60,152 nucleotides of DNA, filler included, from Sphacelaria rigidula (GCA_964200075.2; 10 parts of 10 records of this genome joined end to end with filler, not necessarily neighbours in it); one strand, 5' to 3'; positions 23,525-36,873 are shown, counted from the first letter of the whole stretch. Translations and numbers: made by a program. The notes: generated by a model from the letters alone, not told the origin.

Positions 23525-23846
23525 GGGGAGGGGGGGAGGCGTACTCATCCGTTGCTTGCCTTAGTCGTTTGACCATTGACCACGCCTCCGTTTCGAGGCG
23601 GAGCACCGTTCCTACTCCAAATAGAGACACCTCCAACATTCCGGCGCTCAGTAAGTTTCTTCCATACATGACACACAAACGTGTTACATATCTTATCCCC
23701 GTTTCGCCGTCTGTGGCCATCATGTATCTCTCAGTATAGCAATCGTTTTCTCTCGTCTGTCTAATGCATCAAAAGACTTCATGTCACCTTCGTTCACGTC
23801 CCGCATTTTCCCCTCTAGCACGTCCTGTTGCTCCTTGTATAGTTCC
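23525..23846 (-). mobile_element. 5'-truncated LINE (ORF2 C-terminus plus poly(C) end)
   Basis: 23670-23845 is homologous to LINE ORF2 sequence at 37915-38100. It continues into the GVSI.SRNGAP...KASN.* terminus and C-run, which links that terminus to the LINE. Confidence 0.85.
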
Positions 23847-24637
23847 AAGGGTCGGACAAATCAATGATTTGTCTGGAAATTACTTGGTTTTAGTGAACTT
23901 GATTCGAATCGTACGAATCAATCCCCAGGCTTTATTTCAGCGTTGCAACCCGGGTACACGCAGCCCAGACACGTGGAATGGCGCAAAAGTTGCGTGGATA
24001 GAGNNNNNNNNNNNNNNNNNNNNNNNNNNNNNNNNNNNNNNNNNNNNTTAATTAATTAANNNNNNNNNNNNNNNNNNNNNNNNNNNNNNNNNNNNNNNNN
24101 NNNCCCGGCTGATGCGCCCACGTATCCCAAAAGGGGTAGACTGGCGCCCAGAATAAATGGGACGACAACACACACACATACACGTGAAAAATGCGACAAA
24201 CATACATGTGTTTCTGTACGGCGGAGCGCCAGTGATCAGGGATGCCGGGAATGTATACGTGTGACGAATGAAGAATGCCGAACCGATTACGCGGAACACG
24301 CTGGGCGCCCATGCATGCTATGATGGAGTTTTTTTGTAGACGGAGATGCATGAGCATGATCAAGTGCAAATGGAGGCGACCCCTTTCCCACAGCTCCACC
24401 CCCGTCACGACCACACGACAGGAATAACAGACTCAGAAATATATAGGGAAATAGGGAGTTCAAACAAAAATAGATGTTGGAAAAGATAGCACCGTGTATA
24501 AGTCACTCATATACATTGTAGAACATTAGATACACACCGGGACGTGCGGTAGTCGTGTATGTGCAGAAAAAAACAGCGCCGACACATGCCTCCGTATACA
24601 CACATATGAAACAAGAAAAGAAGAGGATCTCCTTCCA

Positions 24638-24913
24638 TGATACTTTCTACGATAGCCCCCACCCCAAAACCAGCCAAAAAATGTCACGAAAAAAATGGTC
24701 ATACAGCGCCTGATGTTTGGGTTCAGGCTGTGCATGAAGCGCCTCCTTTTGGCGACAATGGCGAAAAACAACCGCAAGCGTGGAAATTCCCAGCTGCTCG
24801 TTGTGCTTGGCTTTCATCAAATCGATTTACGTGAAGGTTTTGCCTCCCCAAACCCTGAACTGTTCTTTTTCTTTTTCTTTTTTTTTGGGGGGGGGGGTAT
24901 CGTGACAAGTGTC
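24638..24913 (-). mobile_element. MITE family D, copy 1
   Basis: Reverse-complement homologue of 32575-32835. Ends TGATACTTTCTACGATAGCCCCC ... GGGGGTATCGTGACAAGTGTC. Confidence 0.78.
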
Positions 24914-25195
24914 CCCTCGTCTTTTTATTCACACCTCCTCCACCGCAACTCACCTTCTTGATCTGGCCCAGCTCAGCGTTTCGCGGAATTCCCAAGATCT
25001 TCGAATTACATCATCCCATCATCCGTGTTCGCATTTCAATTGATGCGTCCCGTTACCCGCATTCGCGTTCCGCACACGGGACACATACACACAGCATGCA
25101 CGAGGGTGCGAACAAGGCAGACGGTGGAGGGGGAGCGCAGGGGAGGGGGAATGCGGGGGAGAGGGAATGCAGGGGCGGGGGGGCGGGGGGGCGGG

Positions 25196-25275
25196 GGGAT
25201 ACTCATGATTCTGCATGCCGTAGTTATAAGACCGTTGACCTCGCATCCCAACAAAGCCGGGACGGAGCACGCCGA
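25196..25275 (-). mobile_element. 3' fragment of poly(C)-ended SINE-like element
   Basis: Reverse complement CGGCGTGCTCCGTCCCGGCTTTGTTGGGATGCGAGGTCAACGGTC...CATGAGTATCCCCCC. G-tracts on the plus strand lie on both sides. Confidence 0.78.
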
Positions 25276-25333
25276 GCGTTCGCATCCAAACAGTTCCGGG
25301 TAGCGGGCGGGGGGGGCGGGGGGAAATCGGATA

Positions 25334-27110
25334 CAGTAGGGGTCCCGGTTTAGCGGTCCCTAGTGTCAAAACGGGAAATACCCGCTAAAGCGGGACCAAC
25401 CGCTAAACCGATTTAGCGGTTCTTAACCGCTATTCCGGGTCAACCGCTAAACCGGAAAACCCCCGTCAACTCCGCATAAGAGCAGCGTTGCGTTTAATAA
25501 CATGTACAATAGTGGGCGGTCTCACTTTTCATTCTGTTGCATTTTGTGATTTTTTCGTAGTTGGCGATTTTCTCGGGCTCTTTCTGCTTGTCACCGCTCA
25601 TCACATCGGGGTCTGAGAATATTTGTATCCGCTCCACATTCCGATAAAAAAAAAACATCTGCACTCAATATTGAGTGACTTCCGGGCTGACCGGTCATCG
25701 GGGGTCCTGTCACGTTTCAGTCCAGATTCTTATTCTTCTGTAGTTTCGGTCGATCGAGCCTGTCCCGATCATTTTTGTGAAGAAATCTACAGTTTTAATT
25801 TTCAGAAATTCTGCCTATTCATTGCACTAGGGCCGAAAAATTGTATTTCACGGTCAATAACACCCTCCTGATAAACGGGGTATTTACTCGTTTCGCCCGA
25901 TAACGCCAAGTGATACTGACTTGGACACTGTATTTCGAAGGTGATCTATTTACTGTACCAAAATCTACCGACGCTAGCAATTTCGAGTTCTATCGAAGAG
26001 TAGTAAGCGAGGAAATGCCCAAAACACCCCTCAATAGTTGGACCGCCCACTACTGTAATTTCGATAGCGTCATGTGTGACTGCTGTATACAGCAGTACAG
26101 TATCACAGTAGACTACAGCTGCGATAGGGCACAAGAGACTGGGAATGTAGACCAAGATGCAGACTGTACTTCGAAGTAAAAAACATCATGAAGAGGATTG
26201 TAGCCCCCCCCCCCTGCCCACACCATTTAACCATCCTGAAATGTGTACACCACAAGTGCCGGAGACCCCTTTCTACTGTGCGCTACGGCATGTCTTCTTG
26301 CCAACACGTGTCTAGTACAGCATGTGAAGCGCTGCACACCGAGCACACAAGAGCGCAGCGTGCGACTTGAAGCATGGAGTTACAAAACAAGCTCAAACAT
26401 CCCCAACAACTTCACCGTTTTTGAATTTCAACTTTTTGACCGCCAGGGTAGATCATAAGGGTCACATATGAAATTTTCAAGTGAAAATGAGGCCAACGGC
26501 ACGAACGGCCAAAAAGCTGACTCTTGATCAGAAGCTAGACGCCCAATCTCACGGAAACCTTACTAGGCGTAGAAAAGAGAAACCACACACGTGAATTATT
26601 CCGTGAGCCGATTTCCCCCCCTCTTTGATATAGGATCACGCCAATTCCTGCATTCCACTGGGGTTTGTTGGTGAATTGCACCCTCGACAACCAACGAGCC
26701 CCGGAGTCTATGCAAAGGCTTGCAGCACGGAGCACACACGCGCCCACGGGTTGACATTCCGGCGGCAACTATCCACAGTTTCGATTGACTCTTCTATATT
26801 GTACAAGCAACGCAGCAGGCCAGTGCAGCAATTTAGTACATTTTCACGACAAACAGCGGACTGTGCTCGTAGCAGCTTTCTTTTCAAGTACAGTAGGGGT
26901 CCCGGTGCTGCTGCTGCACTGCCGCCGTACTGCGGGGCACATAATCGCTATTCTGGCTGAAACCGCGCTAAATAACGGTTAAACCGGCAACTGTCTGGTT
27001 TAGCGGTCATACAACCGCTAAACCGGGGTTGAACGGTGCCAGCCGAACCTTGAACCGCTAAACCGGGACCAAACACTAAACCGGTAACCGCTAAACCGGG
27101 ACCCCTACTG
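25334..27110. mobile_element. Non-autonomous Tc1/mariner/pogo-type element
   Basis: Perfect 24-bp TIRs CAGTAGGGGTCCCGGTTTAGCGGT ... ACCGCTAAACCGGGACCCCTACTG, with TA on both flanks. Subterminal ACCGCTAAACCG repeats. A second left-TIR copy lies at 26891. Confidence 0.82.
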
Positions 27111-28765
27111 TACTTGTAGAGGTGTGCCCATCGTTGCCTGGTTGAGCCGAATACGCTCAGCTGTCGTGTCTTCAGGTGAACACGTATGCTGTGTGGACCG
27201 TTCCCGTACAATAGGTACCAGCCATGCTCGTCATCGTCCATCGCTACATTAACCAGAGAGACAACAAAAAAATCGTCCGCCCCAGCCCCGACTTTCAGGC
27301 GGTGGCTACGGTGCAGTCGACGGACTGTTACAAGGAAACATTGAAGCACACGGAATAAGTACTGTTGATCCACTTTGTTGAGCACACGCCACCTATACAT
27401 GTATATTATGCATTGTACGTACACATATGCGTACATGCTCTTGTGTACAGACAAAAAAAATACGTAGCCCAAGTCGTGAAATCTCCCGAGACGTTCCACG
27501 CTATTGGCCACGGTGGTCGTTGCTTTTTTCAATGTTGTTGTCGTCGTTGTCTTCACATTTAAAGCCGTTCCGATATCTGCGCAGTACTCTGCACTGGGCA
27601 TCTGATGCGGACGCCTGACATAGTCACAGGCTAACAACCCGAAATACGATACAAAGATATTAAAAAATCAAATAAATTTGGACCCAGAAAAATTGACGCA
27701 GACGCGATACAAATAAAAAAACAAGTAGGAGAAGAAGAAAACCCTGCTACTTTAACCTCATGAAGTTCCGGTGCCGAAGGCGACCTTTCGGTCTGATGGA
27801 GGCAGTGCCTGATTGTCCACTCAACACGCGAGGCCACACACGAATGGTACCAAACTCACGAACCAAGATTACCAACCATAGCCATAAGAATCGCGGGATT
27901 CTATCCTTGTAACTCTAGAGGGACAGACATATGTACGAACATTCTTCGACATAACAAGAAAAGCACCGCGTGACAATATACCACCTGGGGGGCAGGGGGC
28001 AGGGGTACAGAAAGCATATGGTTGGGGCGTCAAATCATGACTATGTTGGAGTTTTGAGCAAGTGATTGTCAACTAGTAGTCGCGTCCTTACGCGGTTCAT
28101 GACGGAAGTCACATTCCGCCCCCCAAAGACCATCGCATCTGCCAAAGGTTGGACCCGTAACCTCTCCTCCTCATTTCCTTTCCATTTTATCGTCATTTAT
28201 TGTCTTTCTTGGGGGGGGGGGGGCTGTCGTTTATTGCCCGGTTTCCTCCATTTGTTCTGTACTTCTTCAGCTTTCTCCTCTTCCTCGACTTTTATTTAAC
28301 CTTTGCGAGTGTTTCCGTTTTTCTTCCTCACCTCGGGTATGTCTATATTGCGGACAATGACCATGGCAGGGTCCCTCGGGAATCAGTTGATGTACGACAA
28401 TCAATGAGAATCAACCAGCCCTTCCTTCACCCATTTTGGCCGTCACGTGTTCAAGTTCGACCAACCACCGGAACGCGGCGTAGTCACAAAAAAAGCCGTG
28501 TGTGCAGCGGTCTCTTTTACCATTTCCAGCGTAGGCAAGACACGTAGACTCGTATCTTGTATGCATACTACCCAAGCACTCCCCTTACTTGATCTACATC
28601 GTAACTGCATATATTTTTCGAGCCACCCAGACGTCTACAGTTGCATCGAGCGTACCGTGATGTAATAACCAACACTGTTTACGTGTCATATTCCAGTGTA
28701 CGCTGTCGGGCAGCCCTGCCTCGAAGAAAGCGTCACAACGTGAAACATAGCACCGTCCCACCCAC

Positions 28766-28963
28766 CTTGTAGTAGTCCTTCGTCTTGCTCTGTTTCAGGG
28801 CGGCCTCCGCCTTCGCCAACTTATCTTGCACGACTCTTACGGAATCCGAACCCTCCAGCTCTCGCGCCGCTGTCTGCGCCCTGTTATAGGCGTGCACCGC
28901 CTCCTGGTACTCCTCCTCCTGCATATATACATCCCCCATCACCATCTCGGCCTGAATACCCTC
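28766..28963 (-). CDS. TPR plus J-domain co-chaperone (DNAJC3/DNAJC7-like), internal exon
   Basis: CAG|GAG...AAG|GTGGGT, 66 codons: EGIQAEMVMGDVYMQEEEYQEAVHAYNRAQ...KLAKAEAALKQSKTKDYYK. This is a final TPR followed by the LKxSKxKDYYK linker that precedes the J domain in this family. No other exons were identified in the contig. Confidence 0.85.
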
Positions 28964-29275
28964 CTGCCGTAACGTAGCAGTAGCAGCAGCATCAACAACA
29001 ACAGCAACACACGCATGTATACACCTGTGAGGGGTAGATGTGACTTTGACAGACAACTATGGGAATGTACCCACTTCATGTGGAGGTATCGACATAACCC
29101 TCCTCCCCCCCCCTCCATCTTCGTGCTGCAGTCAGGAGAAGAGGTGTACCGAGGTAGCCTTACATGCCGGCTAGCGGTGAGGGTATTTGTGCGTATTTTT
29201 ATCACCTGACACATTCGTAGGTTGGGTTGCCGAGCCAATGATCTCCTCGGTGGGAAGACCTTGCTGTGAGTTTGT

Positions 29276-29670
29276 TAAAGCTCGGACATGGTACCAGTTA
29301 TAACTGGTCATGATCATTATAATGGTAATGATGGTATAATGATGGTTATATGGAAAAATTGGATAATGGTTTCAAACCATTATTTACGTTACCGGCTTCA
29401 TACCCCGTTACCGGCTACGTATGCTACATGCAGCCCTTGAAAATTGGCCCAAATTTACCGTATTTTTTGGCTCTAGTGAAGCCAAATCGCGTAAAAGTGT
29501 GCATCCGGCACGGCGCCTTCAGCGGGCCACTCTCTGCCGGCGGGGGCTTTTTGGCTCGTGGCTGCGCCGCTCGATGACCAAACCATAATGTACCATTCAA
29601 CTGGTCAATGAGTGCGCTACGCGTAACCATTTAACTGGTTAATGGTTAGACAAACCATTTCCGAGCTCTA
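29276..29670 (+). mobile_element. hAT-type MITE, family A, copy 3
   Basis: Homologous to 4025-4400 along its length. TSD GAGTTTGT/GGGTTTGT (7/8 match). Confidence 0.9.
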
Positions 29671-30821
29671 GGGTTTGTGGGTTCCGCTTGCTATTTAGTC
29701 TTCCACTATTATACTTTCATGGTGCCTCATCAATTCTTCGCGTCAGGGGGGCCGTGATGCGGACTCGGGACCTGTCTACTCAGGAAGCAAACGGCAAATA
29801 AATTGTATCAAAGTTGATGCAGGGCACACTTTTGATTCATCACGGATTTTGTAGCATCAGCTGGCGCAGTCACTTCTACAACAAACTTCGTCACCCCTCA
29901 TCACCGCGCCCACGACCTCGCGATGGGTATCCTATCCCATATCTCGATGTATCTTTTTTTTTTTCCCTCACACTTTGAACCCCTCCCCTTCCACGGGATG
30001 AGTCCGTGGTCTCAAGGGATCAACCCATNNNNNNNNNNNNNNNNNNNNNNNNNNNNNNNNNNNNNNNNNNNNTTAATTAATTAANNNNNNNNNNNNNNNN
30101 NNNNNNNNNNNNNNNNNNNNNNNNNNNNACTTAAAGCGAATGATCAAAGCCACTCTCAATCGTATCATCTACTCTCAATCTCACGAAAACACTGTTAGTT
30201 GTAGTCAAACCACTCACTTCTGCAGCAGACAGAAAGTCCAAAGACAAAAGAGGTGTGTGGGGCTCTTCACTTCGGCCGAACAAAATCAAGCAGCCTCTTT
30301 TGCAAGCAGAGTGCTGAGGAAATCAAGAAGAGCTGGGTAAGCTTGGTAAGCTTGGGAGAGTGAACACAAGGGCGATAGGAACCACCGATTACAAACATCT
30401 TCAATCCCGGAAGAAGAATCAATCTACACGTACGTACGGTTTAATCGTATCATTCATTTCAACCTCGCTACTGGTGGCGCGGTAACCTTGTCAGTTCTTT
30501 AGCTTGGATCAACTGCAAACTTGCACACAAGATAGATATGTTCCAGCTTACGTCGGCTAAATACTCCGCTAGAGTATCTTTTATTGACAAATCATGGCAA
30601 CACACCTACTCCAGCAATATCCTACTTGAAGCGTCATTCAAACAGGTAAGCTGTAAATAAACATAAAGAGGTACTCTCCGTGACAAAAAACACCAATGAA
30701 ACGTTCCTACACGGTTCGTTGTTCCGCTGAACCATAATAGATTGTATTGTTATCTTTTGTTACAACGACTTCATTCAAACACAATGAATATAGACTGCAT
30801 CGCCTAGAGTTTTGCAACACC

Positions 30822-31131
30822 GACATCCCAGATGAACATTGCAGATGGATATCTCACATGACTATTCCAGGTGGATACTGATATCCCAGATGTTACATCC
30901 TTCGGGGATATCCTTCTGGTTTCTGCGATATCCTTCTGGTATGTTTATTATGGAGGATATCCAGCTGGGATGTGGACATTCGTCGCTCGGATATCCATTC
31001 TAGATGTACATCTGGAATGCCAGACACATCTGGGATATCCATCTGGGATCTGGCTATACATCTTGTCTCTTTTTTAGGCTAGTGTTTCCGATTTGTTTTG
31101 TCCCGGATACGTCCATCATGTGACCACGCCA

Positions 31132-31169
<38 letters not shown>

Positions 31170-31640
31170 TAGTAGTGTACATATATATATATATATCATA
31201 TATCCCTAGATCAATTGAAGTGCGACAGTCAATTAACCAATCTCATCTGGGATGTCCATCTGAAATACCCACCTAGAACATCCATCTGGGATGTCAAATC
31301 CATTTTTAAAATGTCAGATTCGGCTGGGAATTCCGTATAGCCCTAAAAGATCAAGACGGACGCCCTCCTGAGCTGAATGTTCCTATGGGACACCTATAAT
31401 CCTTGATCTGAATAATTAGTTGATCGTCGCAAAGACACCGATCCCCCAGAGATTCAACCGGAGCCACATGACATACCCGAGATTAACAACAGAAGCACTC
31501 GCTGAAGAAAAGACAGAAACACTCTCTGGAGAAACACTGATGGTATAATTATCCCACATGGGTGTTCTGGGTGGGTCTTATACCCCAGATGGATATGCCA
31601 CGAGGACATGTACATCGCAGATGGATACGCCAGATGGATC
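30822..31640. repeat. Degenerate ~14-bp CATCTGGGATATC-type arrays in both orientations, around (TAG)n and (AT)n microsatellites
   Basis: GATATCCCAGATG-like units at 30822-30890 and 31550-31640. CATCTGGGAT(A/G)TC-like units at 30960-31060 and 31244-31300. (TAG)n at about 31133-31175. Confidence 0.7.
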
Positions 31641-32574
31641 ACGTACGATAATGCAAGACCGTGCACCACAGCCACACATAGTCGATATCAATAACGCCAA
31701 CCGTAGGTCGACAACGCCATCGATCAGCTGTCTCCCACGGTGTGCTCGCCGCCATTTTTAAGGCCACCTAATTCCGGCTGGGATCCGCTGGTATGGCCGC
31801 TGAATTTAGTCGAAGTAGGCGAGTTCCTAGTGCGTTCACAATTAGATCATCCGGCCACGTGTGAAATAAGCCGATCACGAGGGAACACTTGTGTAGGAGG
31901 AAAAGAGACACGTTCGTTGCGTGCGTGTTTTACCTGCTATTTTAGTGCAACATTTATACGTGCTAGTACAGCATTTATACTATACATGATGAAGCTGTTG
32001 CCTCTCGACAGTTGGTAAGCTCTGACGTTGTTGTTGGAGTCGGAAGGGTTAAGGTGAACTGTTTTTATTTCTGGGAGTTGGAAATAGAGACACGAAGTGC
32101 ACGTGATCGGCTGCTTATACAAAATCTCAAACGCCGACCCCTGACCCAGGCATGAGTCTCACATGAACATAGCTGAACCTTACTGCGACAGCTAAGGTCC
32201 AACATGACCATTGCCGAACCGGGCACAAGTCTCTGATGACACTCTTTCAACGGGACAGCCAGGTGAAAATCCAACGGGACGATCGGGCACAAGCCCCATT
32301 TTACGTACTCAAACCCGTTCACCGACACCGGCACGTGAAAAGACGCGTGTCACGCGGATCACATGAAAGCCTTGGACTTTGCTTCCCGGTATCACGTGAA
32401 TATTCACCGAACGCATTGTCTCCACAGATCAAATCCAAACAACAGGTACCAAACTGTTCAGGAGCAGATCTCGGATCTTCGCCACTACGCAACGACGGAC
32501 CCATTACTCCAGGAAATGCGGGAGCCACAGTCGTCATGTTGCTTCGGCACCGGACCCGCTTGTTTGTCGATACT

Positions 32575-32835
32575 TGACACTTTCTACGATAGCCCCCCCC
32601 CCCCCCAAAAGTTCATGGTTTGGGGAGGCAAAATCTTCATGTAAATCGAAATGGAAAAAGCCGAGCACAACAAGAAGCTGGGAATTCCCACGCTTGGGAT
32701 CGTTCTAGCCAATGTCGCCAATATGAGGCGTTTGATGCAGCCTGAACCCGAATATCAGGCGCTATATGGCCATTTTTTTCGTGACACTTTTAGCTGGTTT
32801 GGGGAGGGGGGGGGGGGCTATCGTAGAAAGAGTCA
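32575..32835 (+). mobile_element. MITE family D, copy 2
   Basis: TIRs TGACACTTTCTACGATAGCCCCCC ... GGGGGGCTATCGTAGAAAGAGTCA. Homologous to 24638-24913. Confidence 0.8.
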
Positions 32836-35800
32836 CTGGCACGGCTCTCTCTACTTTCGACATCTGTCGGGCTCGCAGCAATTCCTGACGTCCACCGTAT
32901 ATCTCCAGCACACGAACAGGCAGTACAGTAAGCTGTATTTACTGCGTGCTGAGAACTGGGATTCCCAGGTGAAAATAAGGCACCACCACAACCACTGCAC
33001 TCTTCCGATCGCGTGTCGCACCGCACTACGGGAAGGACCACATAATAACGTGTACCTCGTAGTACAATGCTTACAGCTACCAAGCACCATATGCAACGCC
33101 GCGATGCATGCAGTGGAAACAAGTACAGACCATGCAGTCCTTCATCAGATTGTGCTTCAAAGGACGACCTTGCTGGGCAAAGTAAGACACAAGGGAAAGG
33201 AAACACCAAAACAGATCAATCCTGGACCTGTACTCTGGTATCCTCATATTGGATCTGTGCTAACCGAGTGCAACTCAACGCCCCTAACTAGTTACCCCAT
33301 GACCTCGTCGCGATATTTTAGTGTCGAAGGCAAATGCTGGCAAAAGGGGATTCAAAATGCAAGGAATGTATGCGATATAATCGAAAGTGAACCTGATCAT
33401 GTTCAGGTGCTCTCGATGACACCACCCAGTGCTTGTCCTCCACCACAAATTCTAGGATCTAGAGTACGTTTCACAACCACCACAGGTTTGCCGACGGTAT
33501 TTCGTCGACGCCAAGCTGCGACTCGTGCGTAGCATGTATCCTCACCTCTTATCACTACCGTACCACCCCGAAACAAAAGTGGGGAACACTACAAGGTGAA
33601 AAATGTGAAAGACACTCGACATTGCTCATGAGGAGCAACATGAGTCTTTCGCCCCACTTGTCACAAATTAGGCCATACAAAGCTACAAAACGAAATGCAC
33701 TCACTCCCCCTACAAGAGATAAACCTAATAAGAACCGGCACTAACGGCTTTATTTTTCATGCTTTTCATCCATTCTCATTCAGATTTCATAATAAAATGG
33801 AAGAGAGTGAGCAAAAAATAAAGCCCGCTAATAACGGCTACAAGCAAGCAGTACTATTCGGCGGCTATCGAAACATGCGTTATATAGCCGCGCAATGCTC
33901 GAAGTTCTCCTGGTCATCATCTGCGATATATTTACGAGACGCGAAGCGTCCCCTCACTGTACAAGAATTCCTACAAAAACATCAACAAAACTTATCAACA
34001 CATGCAGATTTGCAGTAAATCGATACCTTGAATCAACATTTGACGATGTAAACGCGACACACTCATCCACGGAACAACACGGTTCGTACAGTTGCTGCCA
34101 ACGAATGAAGCATGCTGCGAAATGTTGACTTGAAAAATAGCTTTGAGACTACGAGAGGGTCGCGGCCGCTTAAACCCTTAATTAGCTGCGGCGAGCGAGC
34201 AACACTCGAAAAGGCAATCGAACCAATCGTGACCCCCGAGATCTTGTTGACTTACCGAAAATCAATATTCTAAAATATGCGAGCACAGCGAGTATCTCTA
34301 TCCAGACTCCTGTACAAGACCCAAACTACACACGGTAGAAGCACTCCGAAGACGGTGCTAGATTACTCTTTCACTTACCACGTACGCAACCTTACTGTCG
34401 TCCCATACAGGGTACACACACTCGCCGAGTCGAAAGCTTGCAAACATTCTAAATCGGCTAAAGATGAAACGCACAGAGCACAAGGATCTTCCACGTGGGT
34501 AGCTGTTCTCTCGATCCTTTGAATCCAAAGGTCTTGGGTTATTCACTACCGGATTATTGGTGACTCACAAATCAAGCTACAAAGTGTCGACTTGGGACAC
34601 ATGGGCCCAAACTGACTGTTGTCATAGTCAAAGAGTCACGTCTGATTCGTGAGAGACAGGGCACATTTTCGATACAAATTTGTCTTCACTACAGGCAGAC
34701 GTGAAAAATCACAATATTGTTCATGACAAAGTAACGGCATCTTCGATCAGCAAGCCATTTTGCCATTCAAAAAGTGCCTCGAGAACTGGCGAGCTTTTGA
34801 ACCCATCATAGGCGCCCTGTCCTAAAAACTTGCAGAAGCTGAATGACCCCTGCCAGCCTGGCGCCTAAATATACAGCAAACAGGACCAGGGGACAAGTCA
34901 TGAAGTGCTCGCACGCCGCTAATAAACTCCAGCCTTCAGTTCAAGCTATGTAAGCAAATTTACGTATTCTAGGCGGTAATCCTGCACGCACATTTTGGAT
35001 GCTTGTCGACCTCCCAGATTGACTCCAACCCAAATACCATCAGTGGGTTATGGTCCACCTTATGTTCACCCGACGTCGCGAATGCAACATTAATGTTTTT
35101 TTCGCTAGAAAACTGCACCAAATGAATCACGGCAAGTCATCGCCATCCTGTCGATTTTACAGCACGAGTTCACGCGTCCCTGTACTCCATCGACAGCTCA
35201 AATTTCGGTGTTGGTTCTCAGTACTCGAGAGCGTATACGTTCTGGGCCAAATCTGCCGTTCCGTCAGCGGTCATCAAGGGGGGCGGGGGGACGGGGGATT
35301 GTCAGCGTAAAACCTCGACATGAAAAAGTTCTTGGCAACGTCTAGGCCTGTGTGACCTATGAAACAAATGGGTTCGTCCAGGTGGGCAATTAGGGGGCAT
35401 GACATACACCGGACAAGGTCAGATGACAAAATATTGAGGACCATATACGCTGTAAAACTTGATGGGTTAGTAATTCCAGGTGGAAGTGGTGAATTCTGAG
35501 TTGATTATCGGCTCTTTATTGCATTCCGACATCCTATACTTCTTCAGACATAACGATATGCCTGGTTATTCTCAGTCACTTCCAAATCTTGTGCAAGTAT
35601 ATCTCCGCAGTACAAGCGGAGCATACCACCTTAGAGGAGCGAACAAGCGGGAGTAGCAATGTTCTGCGAACGGTTGACGATTATGCAGGAAAGGTGGGGA
35701 GTGCTGTTCAAGAACCGGGTAAATACATAAACCAACTCCTCTATTTCTGTTTTGCGGTAAAAGTCGTGAAATGGTCTTGTAGCAAAACGTTTCAAGTCCG

Positions 35801-36190
35801 ATACTTCAATTGAAACAGATTTCCCCGAGTTTTCTCTTACTCCCTTCGGTGATGGACCGTGTCAAAGGATCGCAATAAATGGCAGTGCTCACAGGACGTC
35901 GGGGTAGTTTTAGTTACAATGGCCGCTACGATATCATTTCGAAAAAGTCTTGATGTCGCGCACCCACCCCCCCCCCCCTCTCGATTGAGTAGGGTTGTAC
36001 TGTTTGGCAACAGGAAAAGTAGAAAGAGAGGGAGAACACTTGCGAGTCACGCTNNNNNNNNNNNNNNNNNNNNNNNNNNNNNNNNNNNNNNNNNNNNTTA
36101 ATTAATTAANNNNNNNNNNNNNNNNNNNNNNNNNNNNNNNNNNNNNNNNNNNNCCCCCTTCCCCCCCCTTCGGTCATGATGTTTTTGTAG

Positions 36191-36295
36191 GTTTCATTGC
36201 GCCTATTGTGTCGGAAGTGCTGTTCGACATGGTGGGCCCCGCGGCGCCTCTCGTGTTCTTCGCTCCTATGCTGGTAATCACGGGAATCTTTGCAG
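36191..36295 (+). CDS. MFS transporter (SVOP/organic-cation/sugar-porter-like), penultimate exon
   Basis: TAG|GT...G|GTGAGC. Encodes (G)FIAPIVSEVLFDMVGPAAPLVFFAPMLVITGIFA, hydrophobic and TM11-12-like. Phase 1 joins the 41008 exon. Confidence 0.8.
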
Positions 36296-36531
36296 GTGAG
36301 CGAAAATGCGTGTTTCCAAGGTGAAGCATGAGGAGCATACCGCGAATAGTATTGCTTGTGCGCAGACTAACGCAGCGAGTGTTGTGAGCCCAACTTGCTA
36401 CTATCATTTCTGCTTGCTGTTCAAATTTGTCACGTTTTTGCTAGCTTTGTGTAGTATGGATTATTTGTTCTTTACCTGCGGTGTGGCGCCTTGCTGTGAT
36501 GCGCCATTCTACTGCACCCGTCGACCAAGCT

Positions 36532-36563
<32 letters not shown>

Positions 36564-36718
36564 TTGCTGCTTGCTTTAGTCGTTTGACCATTGACCACGC
36601 ATCCCCTTCGAGACGAAGTATTCATTTGTTGCTTGCATTAGTCGGTTGGTCATTGACCACGCATCCCCTTCGAGACGGAGCACCGTTCCAACTCCTAATA
36701 GACACCCCCAACATTGCG
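36532..36718 (-). mobile_element. Tandem LINE 3'-terminal fragments ending in a long C-run
   Basis: Two head-to-tail copies of CATTTG.TGCTTGC.TTAGTCG.TTG..CATTGACCACGCATCCCCTTCGAGACG next to a G-run of about 25 nt. The minus strand encodes GVSIRSWNGAPSRRGCVVNDQPTNASNK*. Confidence 0.8.
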
Positions 36719-36873
36719 GTGTTCGTTGCCGAGCCCCGGTGGTGTAATGGTCCGACTATCGCCATCAGGGTCGCGAGAACGATGGTTCGATTTTCGATGC
36801 GTTGGGTTTTTTCTCCGTAGTATCTGTTCTCCACCGTGGGAAGCGTGATAACGTGAGTAAACAGAGTAGTTAA

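Noticed and set aside
32651..33532. 293-aa ORF
   Set aside because: It begins inside MITE family D and has no recognisable domain or convincing splice pattern. Decayed coding sequence cannot be fully excluded without a search.
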